A DNA stretch of 64,000 nucleotides from Schizochytrium sp. TIO01 (GCA_004764695.1 SMSO01000005.1:1736001-1800000), one strand, 5' to 3'. Positions 44,109 through 57,105 are shown, numbered from the stretch's first letter. Translations and numbers: made by a program. The notes: generated from the sequence alone by a model not told the origin.

Positions 44109-44138
44109 TAGGTACCTACCTACCTACCTACCTACCTC
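44109..44138. repeat. TAGGTACCTA palindrome running into (ACCT)n
   Basis: taggtacctacctacctacctacctacctc. Confidence 0.9.
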
Positions 44139-47100
44139 ATGGTCACGGTGAGCCACGACGATCCCTCTCTGGATTGAGGTATGCTTTCTGCGTATTTGTT
44201 GGCGTTGCTTGTACTAGCAAGACAGCTAGTAGCTAGCTAGCTAGCTATTCATGGGGAGTGTTCTGATTCTCTCCAGGCTTGTGGAGGTTCTTGATTCGGC
44301 TGGTTGGCTGGCTGGCTGGCTGCCCTACTAGGTATTATAACTTGCTTGGCCTGGGTTATGTATCTGTATCTCCCCCGTTAGCTTCTTTATAAGGAAATAA
44401 GAAAAGAGAACAACCAGGTCACGTTAGTATAGCATTGCTCTGGTGTCGCTGTTCCTAGAAACAGAGAAAGAATGAAAGAAATAGGAAAGTTTTGCTTTTG
44501 CTTCTTCGTTTGAACGAAACCATTGACTATGAAATAACATACCGACACGCGCCGATCATCGGCGTTGCGTTGCTTTGCTTTAGCTTTGACTTTTGTTTTC
44601 GCTTTCCTTTGCTTTTTGGATTGCTTTGGCTTTGGCTTTATCTGGAGTTGCTAGGACTATGCAGAAAGAAGGCTTTGGGGTCCTCAGCAATTGCTTTTAT
44701 AGAAGCAGCAGTGTGTCTATCTACCGCCGTGCTTGTATTTTGGTACACAGGGATCTATTTGTATATGTATCCTTGGCCGCCTGTTCTTCACAACGGTTTG
44801 GGAAAATGATAATGGATTGCGCATTTCGTGACGACAGTGGGTGGCCCATCAGGGCGGTATAAAGGCGCAGGTGTACCATGTCGAAACATCTATCTCTGGC
44901 GGGCAGTGGCGATGCGAAGATCTTAGCGGCGAAAGCGCAAGAGGAACTAAGTTTGGTTGACAAATTCAACTCCACCACCACGAATGATGATGATCTTTGC
45001 TGTGTCGCCCATAGTCGCCATGGATTCACTGCTGGAATCACACTAATGAACAAATGCGCAAAGTCGTCATGCTAGAAGCACAGAAGCCTTAGCTAACGAA
45101 CTTTAAACGAGTCATATATTTCCAGACAGCAAGTTCAACTTATACCTAAACGCTACCGCTAATTGTCAAACAATAGACTGATGGGAATGACAAGTCAATT
45201 TCCATAACATGACGAACTTGATCTGGTCATCTTTGTTATATCGTTGCTGTTATCATTGGTTGATCGTAATTTCCGACGATATTACTATTCTATTATTTTT
45301 TATTTATTTGAAATTAGAAATACCTTTGGTAGACCCTATCATGGTAGTACAATTAAGCTAATTGCCGGTTTCCCCCCCCTTTAAAAAAATAAAATAAGGG
45401 AAGCAACAACACAAGTTTTTCTCATCTTCTATCTTTACTTTAGCCTTATCTCATTTTAGGTAGCATCAGTGATCATGATGCTTTTAAAAAAATTAAAAAA
45501 TTAAAAACGTTTTGAATTTCTTCCTTCATTTCTTTTAACTAGAATAAATGAAGGAGTCTTTTCGTCAGCGTTTATCCCTTTTTTATTCCCTTTTTATTTA
45601 AACCCAAACTCAAGCGATATACACGTATATATATATACACATATTTCTTTTAATGACCACTGGCAATAAGTGTGATTCTCTTCTACCTAGGTAGGTCACA
45701 GAAAAGAGAAAGCGGAAAGGAAGTCAAAGAAAAGTGGCGAGTCTGTGAGTTGCACTCTTGGAAACTAATCCCACAGCGAAGTGTCAGCAGTAGCACTAGT
45801 TACCAGGCATATGGAGGTAGGCAGTAGTAGCGTTTGCTTAGTAAAAAGTCTGTCTCTTTTGAAGAATTTTGAACAAGAGCTTTCTTAGGAGACAGCACCT
45901 CTCTGAGCGAATGATAGAAAATATGCATGCCTCGGGTTGAGTCTAGTAAACAAAACACGCTCAACGATTGCGCGTATCCGCATGTAAGGAAGTCTAATGC
46001 GCTCGCAACTTGAGAGCCCTTATACAAAGAGTAATCAAGCTAGCTGCGGAGTTACTGATAAGCAACCAGACGATGAGCCGTCGTTGGGTTGACCTGGAGC
46101 CTCCCTCTTTGACTGATGTCAAGTCTTCTGTTGGCATGTTGTCTCTGGGTTGTTGCGGACACTCGGTGCTAGGAGCTCCGTTTCCGACAATGGTGATTTT
46201 GGCCAGGTCTTTGGCGGTCTGCTACCTCGAAAGTAAAAATGCTCAAAGCGTCAGTAGTACCTACTTGCCTTGATTCAGGCGCTATCCCAAATCGCTGCGG
46301 CATTGTGTTCCTGAGAGAACGCGTGATAAAGGGCTGCCAGAAAACTCACAGCGCAGATCTAGGTTGTATTATTATTGACGTGCTTGTTCTTCAACGATGC
46401 GTGCAAACTTCTGAGAGGCTAGCCGATTAAGGATTTCACTGCATTCGCATTGGTCCCTTTTCCTCCGTACTCCAGGCTTTCTTCATCTTCCAAGGAGACA
46501 TCTTGCAGGTCTTTCAAAGTTGAGGGGTAAGATACTCTACCTATTACCGTGTCCAGTGGAACGTTGTAGTAGCAACTCGCTGGAATTTCAATCGGGTGGG
46601 CATTCTAAGATATATTTGCTTCCCAGTGGCAATACGTGTGATGAAAGATGGCATTAAAAAACAAAAAAGAGCATCTACAATCTGTTCAAATATTCAACTT
46701 TGTTTACAGTTCATGTCGCAAGCACTCGTCGTCAAGTCGTTCACGTGCCTACAAAATAGTAAACTTTATCTTTGTAGCTATAATATTCATAGAATTACTA
46801 GTGGAAACCTTGAATTCTCATGGTATAGATTTACTCATTACGAGCCAGGTTGCTCTACATGCAAATGAATTTGGTTTTTTATTTTTACTTTTCAAGTATG
46901 ACTTACGAGCAGAGTATTTTATGCAGATATGTGACTATGCATGCATTGATGTCTACAAAATAACTCGCCAGCCACCGCATGGCTCCGGCTTTACCGCCAG
47001 TGCTCTTCAGTATATCCAATGTAAGTAAGCGCAACGATCGTTTGAGAGTTTTTCAGAATACATTCATCAAATGAAAACTTTGAAATAGTACAAAGGGCGG

Positions 47101-50100
47101 CTTGTAGTAGTTGCAGTAGTCCATGCTTATCTATGTTTTCAGCGATCTTACAGAAGTTTATTTTATGTATACATGGTCTTTCTTTTCAAAGTCTTCTTTC
47201 TCCTTCTTTTTACTATTATTATTTTTGTTTGTTTTTAATAAAGTTGGGTAGACAGATTGATGATGTGTTGACCCAGATGCCCAGGTTTAGGGAATTATAA
47301 TCGCATCAATAAACAGAAGCATAATATTGTATGCTGCGACCCATGGATGTAACACCCGTTTCTTCTTTTAAAACAAGCTAACCTATCATTGGCAAGCAGA
47401 GAAACATCTTATATTTAGTAACAGATAGCTAGATACCTAGCAGAGGTAGGTAACAAAGAGCACAATGTTTCATTTCCATACCGGTTAAGAAATAGAGGAG
47501 TCAAGTGAGGTGTAGTTATCGCTGTCAATCTACCGAGCATATTATCAGATCTATGTTGTTAATTAAAAAACGATTCGACCTTTTTACAGAATTTCAAGCA
47601 TACTTGTCAGAGATTAATTTGTTGAGGTCCTAGACACCAGAGCCCACGCTCACACTTCGTCAATAAGAACAAACGCATCAAAAGCATAATATATTTTTTA
47701 TATAGCTTCGCTAATTTTTATCCCATCATCAGAACCAATAACCTAGGTACCTAGTACTACCTAGTTTATCTCATTCTCTGAAAAAAACAGAACAAAAAAG
47801 ACTAGTATAGTGTAGTATCTAGGAAACCCACCATCTCCGTATTCACAAAGGCCATCAAGTCTGCAGAGCCCAGTCAATCAACTTTATGGTGAGTCGTCGC
47901 CATCCCAGTCTCCTATAGATAAACTAGTAGAGCAACAAAAGCAAAGTCAGGGCTTCGAGTTCTTCAAGAAACGAAGTGAACAAGACCCACTTTCACCCCT
48001 CAGAGACAACTCCTAAATGTGTGTTTGTCAAAAACTTGGGTTACAACTCCAGCTAATACTAAAACACCCATCAAACAAGGCGTGATGATGGTGATATATC
48101 TACTTTTGCCCACCTGCGTATAGTTTGGCCAGTTAGTATGCGATAGGTGCCTAAGCTGTTTGGGCCTTTCCGATGAACTGTGATGTAATGAGAGGGGAAC
48201 CCGTTCGCGGAGTTTTAAGCATCCATTAGCCTGTTTATCTATTCCTGCTTAAATAGAACAAGCAGGCAACCTCGAGGGTAGAACCCTCTCTAGAGCCAGC
48301 AGAGGCGACGAACCTTTGGGCTTGGAAGCTCCTCGTGACCCAGCCATCTTCATAGTAGGATGACTCAGGCTAGGGCCGCTCAAGATAGGTAGATACGCTA
48401 TCTATCTATCTACCTATGCCTTCTATGCCTACCTACCTACCTACCAATTCGACAGAACTCGAGGACAAACGATCCCCAATTGTCGTGAACCTCGACCGTC
48501 GCGGTTCGCAATGCTTGGTCGCTGCTCTAGCCAGCTACTAAATAAATGGCAGTTGATGAAGGCCAACAATGAATGCCTCTATTCCATGATACGTACCTAC
48601 CTACCCAGAAAACCGGGTAGGAAGGAAGGAAACACGAAAAGCGAAGAAAACAAGCCCATATATATATTGATATATGTAAAGGTGGGCAAAGACGAATTTA
48701 AAAAGAGTTTATAGGAGTGGCAGATTGAAGAAAATTTGAAGATGGGTGGACCTATGAATTCCCTTGAGCAGTAAGTGCACAGCGTCTGCTCGAGATCAAG
48801 TAAACGGCAGTTGAATAGCCCACTAGGAATGCTTTTGTCCGGGTCGCGGTCAGCGCGTTTGTAACTTTTGATCATTGCAAATGTACCTGCCAAAGTTCTT
48901 GGGTCACTCAATTCCTATGTGAGATAGAGCGATGTGCAAACGGAGTTTCATCTCGGTCCTTCCAATCTCTCGCTATATCTCGACAATTTCGCTAGGATTA
49001 ATACATGGGCATCAGTCTTCAGCTTTATACGATCAGGAAAATTGGCGAGGTTTTTCATATTATAGGAATTCTTGTTTTGCTCTCATTAGTTGTGTCCAAG
49101 TATTTAGTTTCTCTTACATTTATTCAGTATGTCCAGGTAAAAGGAAAAAGGTAGGTAGGCGGCCACTAACTTGAACTCCTAGTGATCAGCACATGCAATA
49201 CCAAGAACAAGCGAAAGAAACTTGGCAGAAACTGGAACCTTACCCTAAATCGAGCTACGACTTGAAAATGCCGTGTACCACAACTTCTGAAACAGCTATC
49301 ACCTGACTGCCAAGAATTCTCGAACTCCGGTGGTGGTCATAGGTATTGTAGTCTTCGTCTCGATAGGCTGCTTTATGTATACCGCAAAAGGCACTTCGTA
49401 CTCTTCTTGGACTTGAAACATGTATCATTCTTCATGGTTTTCTGCTTCATTGACTTTACAAGTCTTGATTTGCATCGAAGAACATGCCCTTTTGTGAAAG
49501 TTTTTTGGGGCTTCGTTTGGGAACGCGTTGAAGCTTTCTACTGCTTAGAGGTTCTTCAAATATAAAGAAAAAGTAAGTTATCCATGCCGCTAATTCTTTG
49601 CCACTCCGAAGAAGAAATATCGTATAACTCGATAAACATGACTAACTTTTCACCCAAAGCATATAGACCGATCGCTCGTTTTCACTTATTTATGACTACG
49701 AGCATGAGCAGCCAGCCTTCTTCTTTCCAAGCTATGAATTGAAGAGTTTTCTCTTACAGCTCTATTACTGCTTATCTTGAAATTCTGCTCTTCACTCCCA
49801 TCCATCCAACCTGCGCCGTAGATGACGCTTCGAGATCCCCTCGTGACGCACGATCGTGACACAGCCTTTCATCACGGCACTCTAAGCAACCATAGACTCC
49901 AATGCATCTCCATTCTCTTATTGTTGCCATTAGCTCTGGTCGATTTTGCCATTCATAGTCAGAAAAGGTAGTATCCATACAGTTGAGGTTGCAGCGCTTG
50001 AACATACCTACTTTGTGGCACTCCAACGAATGAGTTTATACTTGAGAATGAGATTTATTTTATTGAAAAAAACGATTGAAAGAATGAATGGATGTTTAAG

Positions 50101-51961
50101 TGTTTCACAGGCGCAAACGAGACGCGAGAATTCGGCCGCGTCATTGCCTCAAGATCGACGACACAGCCGCGTTCGCGTCGTCTTCAAAGGAGCCGCAGGA
50201 ATGGTCCGGGACCTAGTGTTACTGAACTTTCTTGTGACTTGAATTACATTCGTTTTGAGCCATTCTTCTGTTTCCAAGCAAGTTCGTTCCAGTCTCAAAC
50301 TAGAATCTCAGTGAAGCCCTGTGGAAAGGCTGTCTTTTCAGGTACTTTTAGTCTTTCTCTAAGTTAGGTTGCTGACACCATTGGTGAATAAATAGCACAG
50401 TGTTCCCAGTGCAGATTTGCAAAGTTTTGTTTCGAAACTTGCATTAAAAAATAGACAGATATGTCTGATTAATGAAAAGTTGTATTCACCCTTCATATGT
50501 AATTGTTTCTATTTAAAATAATTAACTTTTAATTAAAAAATAAGTAAACCTAAAAAATAAATACGTAGCTAGCGAAGAGAAAGGATGAGAGCGCCTAGAA
50601 GTAGTAGTTAGTTGGTGTATCCGTCCGCCATGGTGTAGAATAATGATCAACGATGTCTGCTATATCACTGCCTGTCTCCTGTGAGAGTGGGCATCCAATG
50701 AGTAGCGCATGTTCATGTCACCGTAAGCACTCCTCTGAAGGAATCTGCAAATCGTCTGTCCCACCAATCTACGCACGCATGGATTCTATTCTCAGTGAGA
50801 TGCCCTCGATTGGAATTGTCTTGGCTTGAGATTTCAATCAAGATAAGCAAAATGATTGGTGGCCCGTTGATTGACTGGTCGAGCGGAGGGCCTGAAGTCT
50901 GATGACGAAAATGGCTTGGAAAAGAACATCAAGTGCACGCCATCTTATGTGCTAAAACAAAGTTTTGGCCAGAAGAAGAAACTTCAAGGATGGATGAGCC
51001 CTACTCTCGTAAGCACCTGTTAAGAATTTGAGTTGAGGGTTTGCTTGGAAAGACTCGCTGTTGTTCATAACAAATTAGCAGCGTAAACAGCTACCAAAGC
51101 GTGGGTCTGCTTGTCGAAAGGCGAAAAGGCGGAAAGGCAGTCAGGTAAGTTGGCGAAATCTTAGAGAGAAGAGAGTGGGTTATGAAATGAAAATTCTCTG
51201 CGCATGTCAAGTAGAAAACTCATCTCCTCTACGATAAGATCTCCAGAGCTCAAGACGATGTCGTTGGATATGCATCGCAATGCCTGAGCGTTGGCCTGCC
51301 CTGATTAAACCATCATATCCAAAAGAACCAAGGCTATATTGTGCGCAAAGCCTGCGGGACGTTCACGACAGTTTGCCGCAAGAGAGGTATCGTTTGGATC
51401 TTCTGAGATACCTGCGTCTTGAACTTCCTTGACAACACCTCGCTTGACACGCTCGGAGTGCGTACAACACTTTCCGTCGTCGTCCAATCCATTAAAACAG
51501 AGTTCAAAGCAGCAAACCTCATCAGGCCACATAACGCCACAATTGGGTAGGTTACCTCTGATTCACGTTGCAGTATTGCGCAAGAGTGATTAGGGGCCGC
51601 ATATGAATAATCCCGAAGCGAGTGAGTGCTCCAACTGACTTTGTGATGAGCTCTGTATAGCTTGCACTAATCAAGCTCCGAAAGTACGACATCCTCAAGC
51701 GATTTAAATGCTTCCTCATAAACCCTTTTCTTCAATCTATTTATCTTCGAAATTAGTAAAAGAAATATTTTTAATTTTCTCTTAAAGTCTGCTAGTCTAT
51801 GATTATGGGAAAACTGAGATAAAACAAACAAAGTATGGTACTCATGAGAAAGCGATAACCGTCGTGCCCAGGTTTGTGATTCCGGATTCTTCGAAACAAA
51901 GCCCCCATTGCAAAGAGGGTGACGAAGCATCAGGCAAAGGACTTGAGAACTAGTCGCAGCA

Positions 51962-52222
51962 ATGAACGCAGAGCTAAGAGCACGCACAGAGGAGCTCCAG
52001 GGCGCCGTGGAGCGGCTTGGTTCACTGCTTCAGGAAACCTCATCGCGCATGGACAGAGCAGGCTCTGCGTTTAATTGCGCAGTCGATCTCGGCGCACTTG
52101 CCGCCCGTCTTGCGGAACAGCAAGGCTGTGTAAACGCAGAACATACAATAGCATCGCAGATGAAACCACCAGCTCAGGGACTCGCCCCAGGCAGCAACCA
52201 AAGCACCGGGGAAAACCAATAA
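51962..52222 (+). CDS. Small hypothetical coiled-coil protein (86 aa)
   Basis: ATG-initiated, GC-rich relative to its flanks, heptad-like LRARTEELQGAVERLGSLLQE helix, AT-rich upstream block. No family recognised. Confidence 0.45.
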   Translation: MNAELRARTEELQGAVERLGSLLQETSSRMDRAGSAFNCAVDLGALAARLAEQQGCVNAEHTIASQMKPPAQGLAPGSNQSTGENQ

Positions 52223-55200
52223 CGACTTGGCAAAACTATCTCTTTCGAGAGGCAATATTATCATCATGTTTTACGAATCCATCGTCTTCTATGTAACTTA
52301 GCAGGTCGCCGATGGATAGATCTCATGATGGTGATGAAAGTACGAAACGAGAATCTTTGCAACACCGAGTTGTGTGATCATATATACCATAATATTCTGC
52401 CGAAAAGTAATTAATTGCATTCTATAAAGGCCCAAAAATCGAAGGCCAGAGCTGGAACGACCTCCAGTGCCAGGCTCAAAAATATTGCTAGTTGGTGGCA
52501 GTGACTAGTCTCTTAGTGCTTTAAAATTTCAACTAGATCTTGGAGGTCGAAAGCTTCAAGAGCAATAAAGGTGGAATGAAACGGGAGTCCTTTTACTCAT
52601 CTACACTCGTCGCGACTCGTGAACATGATTGCAATGTCATGGCAAAGATCCAGGAGACCTTGCCTCCCCGAATTACAACTTGGCGTGCTAGGATCAGCCA
52701 TCGCCACATCAAATCACTGTTCCTACCCCCCTGTCGCAACTTAAAGAACGACACCTCTCCGTGAAAAGGTGAAAAGGTGAGAGTGGGCCAGAGTCTTTCT
52801 TTCGCGCGAGAGGGTTAACTATAGAAACCGTCTTGTGCAAATGCAGTGATTAAATTTCCAGGTCCATAGTACAGATAATCCACGTTTGCTGTCTTTCTAA
52901 AAACAGCATGAGCAATTGGTGAAACTGCTTATACTCCGCTCTCCGTTCCCATCTTGTTTTACGTATCATTGATAACTCTTGGAGACGAAAATGGCACTAC
53001 TTCTTCGTGACCCATCGCCGTTAGATTTTAATTACAAAGCTTCAATCTAACTATATCCAAGAAGAGGACCCCAATCTAATCCTTAATAAGTTTCTCATCA
53101 TGACTTTCTATGGGAAGCAGAACTCTTGAAAAAGATGCCCTGCGCAAGACGCCAAACACGGCATTGCAAAGGTGTACTTGCTAGCACTTCAAACATGCCT
53201 GCCTATAACTTGCGCTCCCTGGAAAACTCTGACACGAGAAAATCTCGTTCAGTCCTATCACACTTCTCTTTTTCTTCTGATTCCCATCTTTCATATCTGG
53301 CCCTGGGGAACTCGCAACAATCAAGAATTCAACCTAATCAAAAAACATTCTAGAAAGTACGGCGTTCCGAGCACCGATATAGATAGGTAGGGCATGTCTA
53401 CGAAGTTACAAACTGCAGAGGCTCGTTTGTTCGCTGAGGCCAAGGCCACACGGACACCAACATTGATTGGGCTGCACTTGCGGTAGAATTGGCATTGTTG
53501 ATCCCAACTGTTTAGGGTAAGACAAGGACGCTTCTGAACTTTTTTGCGGATATTGGCTTGTGAACCTACTACTGTCTGGAAAGGGGATCTTAGAATTTGA
53601 GCGTGAGGGGGTGCTGTCCAGAGCAGAGACTTTCACGCTTCGTGAAGTTGGTTCACGTGAGGTGCTGAAGTGCTCTGGCAAAGAAAGTAGACGCACCTGG
53701 TAAATACGCCGCAAATGATCAACTCATTTTTGCGGAAACTTTAAAAAGATCCTATAGACAGGGGTACTGGAAACGACTGTGTACCTATTAGTCAAGGCAC
53801 TGACCAGGAGAAAGGGTTTTCGGGCACAATCTGTGACTGATGAGAGTCATGGCCAGTAGAGACTTTACGGTACTCCAGGCTACAGTCAAAGAAGAAATGT
53901 GAAACCGTGTGTAAACCACTAAAGCACCTACCATAAGAGAAAGTGATGCCAATCGACTTTACGCAATTGGAAATTGTAGGTACCTTCAAATTGTACATAG
54001 ATGGCTGACTACCTGTAAAAAAAATATCAATCATAACCGTACTTGGACAATTTATGCCCCATATTCCTGTAACATACTTTTGTTTTTCACTTAATGTAAT
54101 CTTGAGTTCTTTGCTCAAGCCCCAAAGCTCAGGCTAAGCGTTTACAATTCTGAAAATCCAGTGACTGCTGTGCATACTCACTAATCGTGATATACACCTT
54201 TCTTTCAAGGTTTAGAACTCAAGACGGAATAAATCACTCCTTAGTCAGACAGAAAGTAATGAATGTAACCTTTTAGCTTGGTAAAAAACCCGGGCCAAAA
54301 CAATCAATTGGGCCATCATTTCTTTTCGAGTTGGAGTAATACTAGAACTAAGGACCTTAGTATCACAACGCCAAAGATGAGATAATTATAGGACAGAAAA
54401 ATAACAACCAAGACTGAGACAGGACTCAAGATTCAGGCCTCATCAACACTCTTTCACATGTGCCACAGCATTCAAATAAAAGATGCCGCCATGGTTTATT
54501 GGAATTTCATGAATTGCGGTTATTCACTGCTGAATCGGAGGATTCGTTTCTTCAGGATGAAGCTAGTAGGGGAGAGGTAAACCCCTAAATAAACCAAATG
54601 ATGCATGCTTCTGGACCAACCAATTGTTGTCCAGATGTGTAAAAAAACGCCAGCGACAGACTTCCTAGCAAGAATGAAATTAAAGACAAGAGAAGAACAA
54701 CCTACTAGTATTTATGAAACCAATAAAATCAAAAAAATCATCAAAGTGGAGGAGAATACATTTAAATTCTGTTATTTGTTTTGTTTCTTTAAATAAAACA
54801 TTTCGAAAAGCATATTTCAAAATTAATGATAAGCCACAACATCGTGCTGTTTAGGATATACTGTCAACAAGCTACCCACCCGAGACGAACTTCGAAGGGC
54901 CACATGCCTATGTATGCGCATACAAATGTGATTGTTGCGTAGCTATTTGGAACTACTTTTATCATGAAATTTAAAGAAAGAGGTGAACCATGAATTTTGT
55001 TTGACCTATGAGAAAGACTACCAAACGTTGGAATCAAGCTATAGCAGAAACTTTTATAAATAGCTCCCATACATTGCGCAGTTCAGCCGTGCAGGCCAAC
55101 ATAATCAAAATCTAAATTTAAACTCAATGACACTTGATTGAGAAACTCCGGATCGTTTTTTCTGTGATCTTGGAACCTAAGATTAAAGTCGAGCGACGTA

Positions 55201-55389
55201 CCTCCTCCACATAAACCAATAAATTGAAAAACAATATGCATTTATTCATGCATACCACTGCAAAAACTCGAGAATTTTATCCATACGAAATGAAATATAA
55301 AGTAAAAAACAAAGGTGAAGAAGAGATAATGACGTGTGCAAAACGTGAATCATCACGGCATGTCGCAAATCATAGCTTCAGCTTCTGAT

Positions 55390-57105
55390 TTACATATTAG
55401 GTCCCTCCTCGAGGAAGCGACCCACATTCTTCTTGTGGCCGTACGGTAGATCCACCGAAACAAACGGAGGGTAGAAGCCACTTCGCGCGACCATGTATTC
55501 ATAGGCAACCCAAGCCACTGAAGATGCAAAAGAGCCAACAAAGGCATCACAATGTCCCATAGCCCAGATGTCACTTGCGATTTCGTTGACTTTGTCTGGC
55601 TCATTGAATTCTCCACGCACATCCACACCTTCGCTATCCCCGGTCTCATAGAATGAGCGATCCTGTGACTGGTATACGATGTTAAATTCGTCCTCGTACT
55701 CTTTCGCATCCTTGATGACACGGGGGTCATCTGTAGCGAGATAGACCTTATCGTACGGGCCATAACGCTGTGTGAGCTTGCGAACACCGTCCATAAAATT
55801 GGACAAGGGCAAACAGACACGGTGATCCTGGTGCTTGTCGTGACAGGAGTCGCCATGGCGCACGTGTACAGCAACACAGCGTAAACCAGGCTTCGTAAGG
55901 CCAAGACGTTCCCTGATCCGGTCATTGTGGGCTTTGGTTCTGCTGTTGTGTAAAAGATAATAGATACTTTGGGCATGCTCCCACAGGAAACCGTGACGCT
56001 TGCGGAGCTCCCCAATTTCAAAGTGAACAGGGTTATAGGTGTTATGAGGGTTTTCTTCGCCTGGAGCATTGTTCGCAAACCAAACCTCGTCACCCTGAAT
56101 TGCCACTGCCTTGTGGGCCTCGTAAAACTCTGCATGACCGCGCTTACGCTCAATCGTGAGGTCGATTGCAGAATATGGTTGGCAGAATGAATAGCGCGCA
56201 TCAGAAGCGGGGAGGAACAAAGGTGGACAATCACAGCGACCATATTCCATGAGATATTTACCATGTGGGAGACACAGCTGGTCCATGGTCATGACTTCCT
56301 TTGGTGTTATGCCGATGCCGTACACCAAAACCGAGGAAGGGTCAACGTCGGTGACCTCACAGCTTGTGAGCTCAGATAGCTCACAGGAATACCCACGACC
56401 GCACTTAAAGTCTGTGAAGCGGTATTTACTGTTGCCCACAAGCACTGGGACTCCCGAGTTCCAGTGATTCTGAGCACTCCATGAAAAGACAAAGAGATTG
56501 TAAGCCCAACCATGATTGAGCCAGTTAAGTAGGTGCCATTTGGGTTTAGAAGGGTCTGTTTTGGTGCCTGTGCCGTGGTGGCGAGCCCATGCGCCTGACT
56601 TATCTTTCACAGGCGTCCAGTCCGGTTCCAGGAAATCCTTTGACTTTGGCTTTTTGCAATCACTCGGGTGCTGCAAATTATATATTTTCCGCTGCAACCT
56701 GGCAGCATCCTTAGCCCAAACCAGCGGTTTGATCTTTTCCAAACATGTCATGATTTCTGCATCAGGCATGTATTCGAGGTTTTCGGCGATGTTGAAGTCA
56801 CATTCGAGTTGACCATCTGCTACACGCGTTGGGAACAACTCATTGCTCTTGCATGTGTGGTAAATATCTGCAACGAGCTCACAAAAGGGGTCTGTCACCG
56901 TGAGCGAGGCTGTCAGCGGATGATGAGAAACGGTGGGATCAACAGCAGCCCACCATAACGTGTTTAATAGCATCCATCCTAAGAAGACTAGCCCTGAAAT
57001 TGCGCCAAAGATTTGCCACAGGGGGCTCTGATGGGTTATAATAGCCCGACGCTGGGCATACTCTAGCTTGCTAAGAGGCCTCGCTTGTGTGACACGAGCG
57101 TACAT
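55390..57105 (-). CDS. GT23 family alpha-1,6-fucosyltransferase-like (FUT8/NodZ-like) type II membrane protein
   Basis: N-terminal TM (IFGAISGLVFLGWMLL). IYNLQHPSDC resembles FUT8 LQNPKDC. Motif I VAVHVRHGDS, motif II VYLATDDP, motif III DIWAMGHCDAFVGSFASSV..VAYE. No C-terminal SH3 domain. Confidence 0.88.
   Translation of the reverse strand: MYARVTQARPLSKLEYAQRRAIITHQSPLWQIFGAISGLVFLGWMLLNTLWWAAVDPTVSHHPLTASLTVTDPFCELVADIYHTCKSNELFPTRVADGQLECDFNIAENLEYMPDAEIMTCLEKIKPLVWAKDAARLQRKIYNLQHPSDCKKPKSKDFLEPDWTPVKDKSGAWARHHGTGTKTDPSKPKWHLLNWLNHGWAYNLFVFSWSAQNHWNSGVPVLVGNSKYRFTDFKCGRGYSCELSELTSCEVTDVDPSSVLVYGIGITPKEVMTMDQLCLPHGKYLMEYGRCDCPPLFLPASDARYSFCQPYSAIDLTIERKRGHAEFYEAHKAVAIQGDEVWFANNAPGEENPHNTYNPVHFEIGELRKRHGFLWEHAQSIYYLLHNSRTKAHNDRIRERLGLTKPGLRCVAVHVRHGDSCHDKHQDHRVCLPLSNFMDGVRKLTQRYGPYDKVYLATDDPRVIKDAKEYEDEFNIVYQSQDRSFYETGDSEGVDVRGEFNEPDKVNEIASDIWAMGHCDAFVGSFASSVAWVAYEYMVARSGFYPPFVSVDLPYGHKKNVGRFLEEGPNM

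Noticed and set aside
46000-46230. Minus-frame AKITIVGNG, similar to a Rossmann start
   Set aside because: No GxGxxG completion, no start codon and no further similarity.
50600-51692. Possible spliced minus-strand gene from ATG 51692 with donor AG|GTAACC at 51555
   Set aside because: No consistent downstream exon chain could be built, and there are many stops in all frames.
52500-54120. Cluster of short ORFs suggesting a transposon relic
   Set aside because: No RT, integrase or transposase motifs, and no terminal repeats seen.
55353-56264. 303-aa alternative-frame ORF overlapping the fucosyltransferase
   Set aside because: Ser/Thr/Arg-rich off-frame shadow typical of codon-biased genes.
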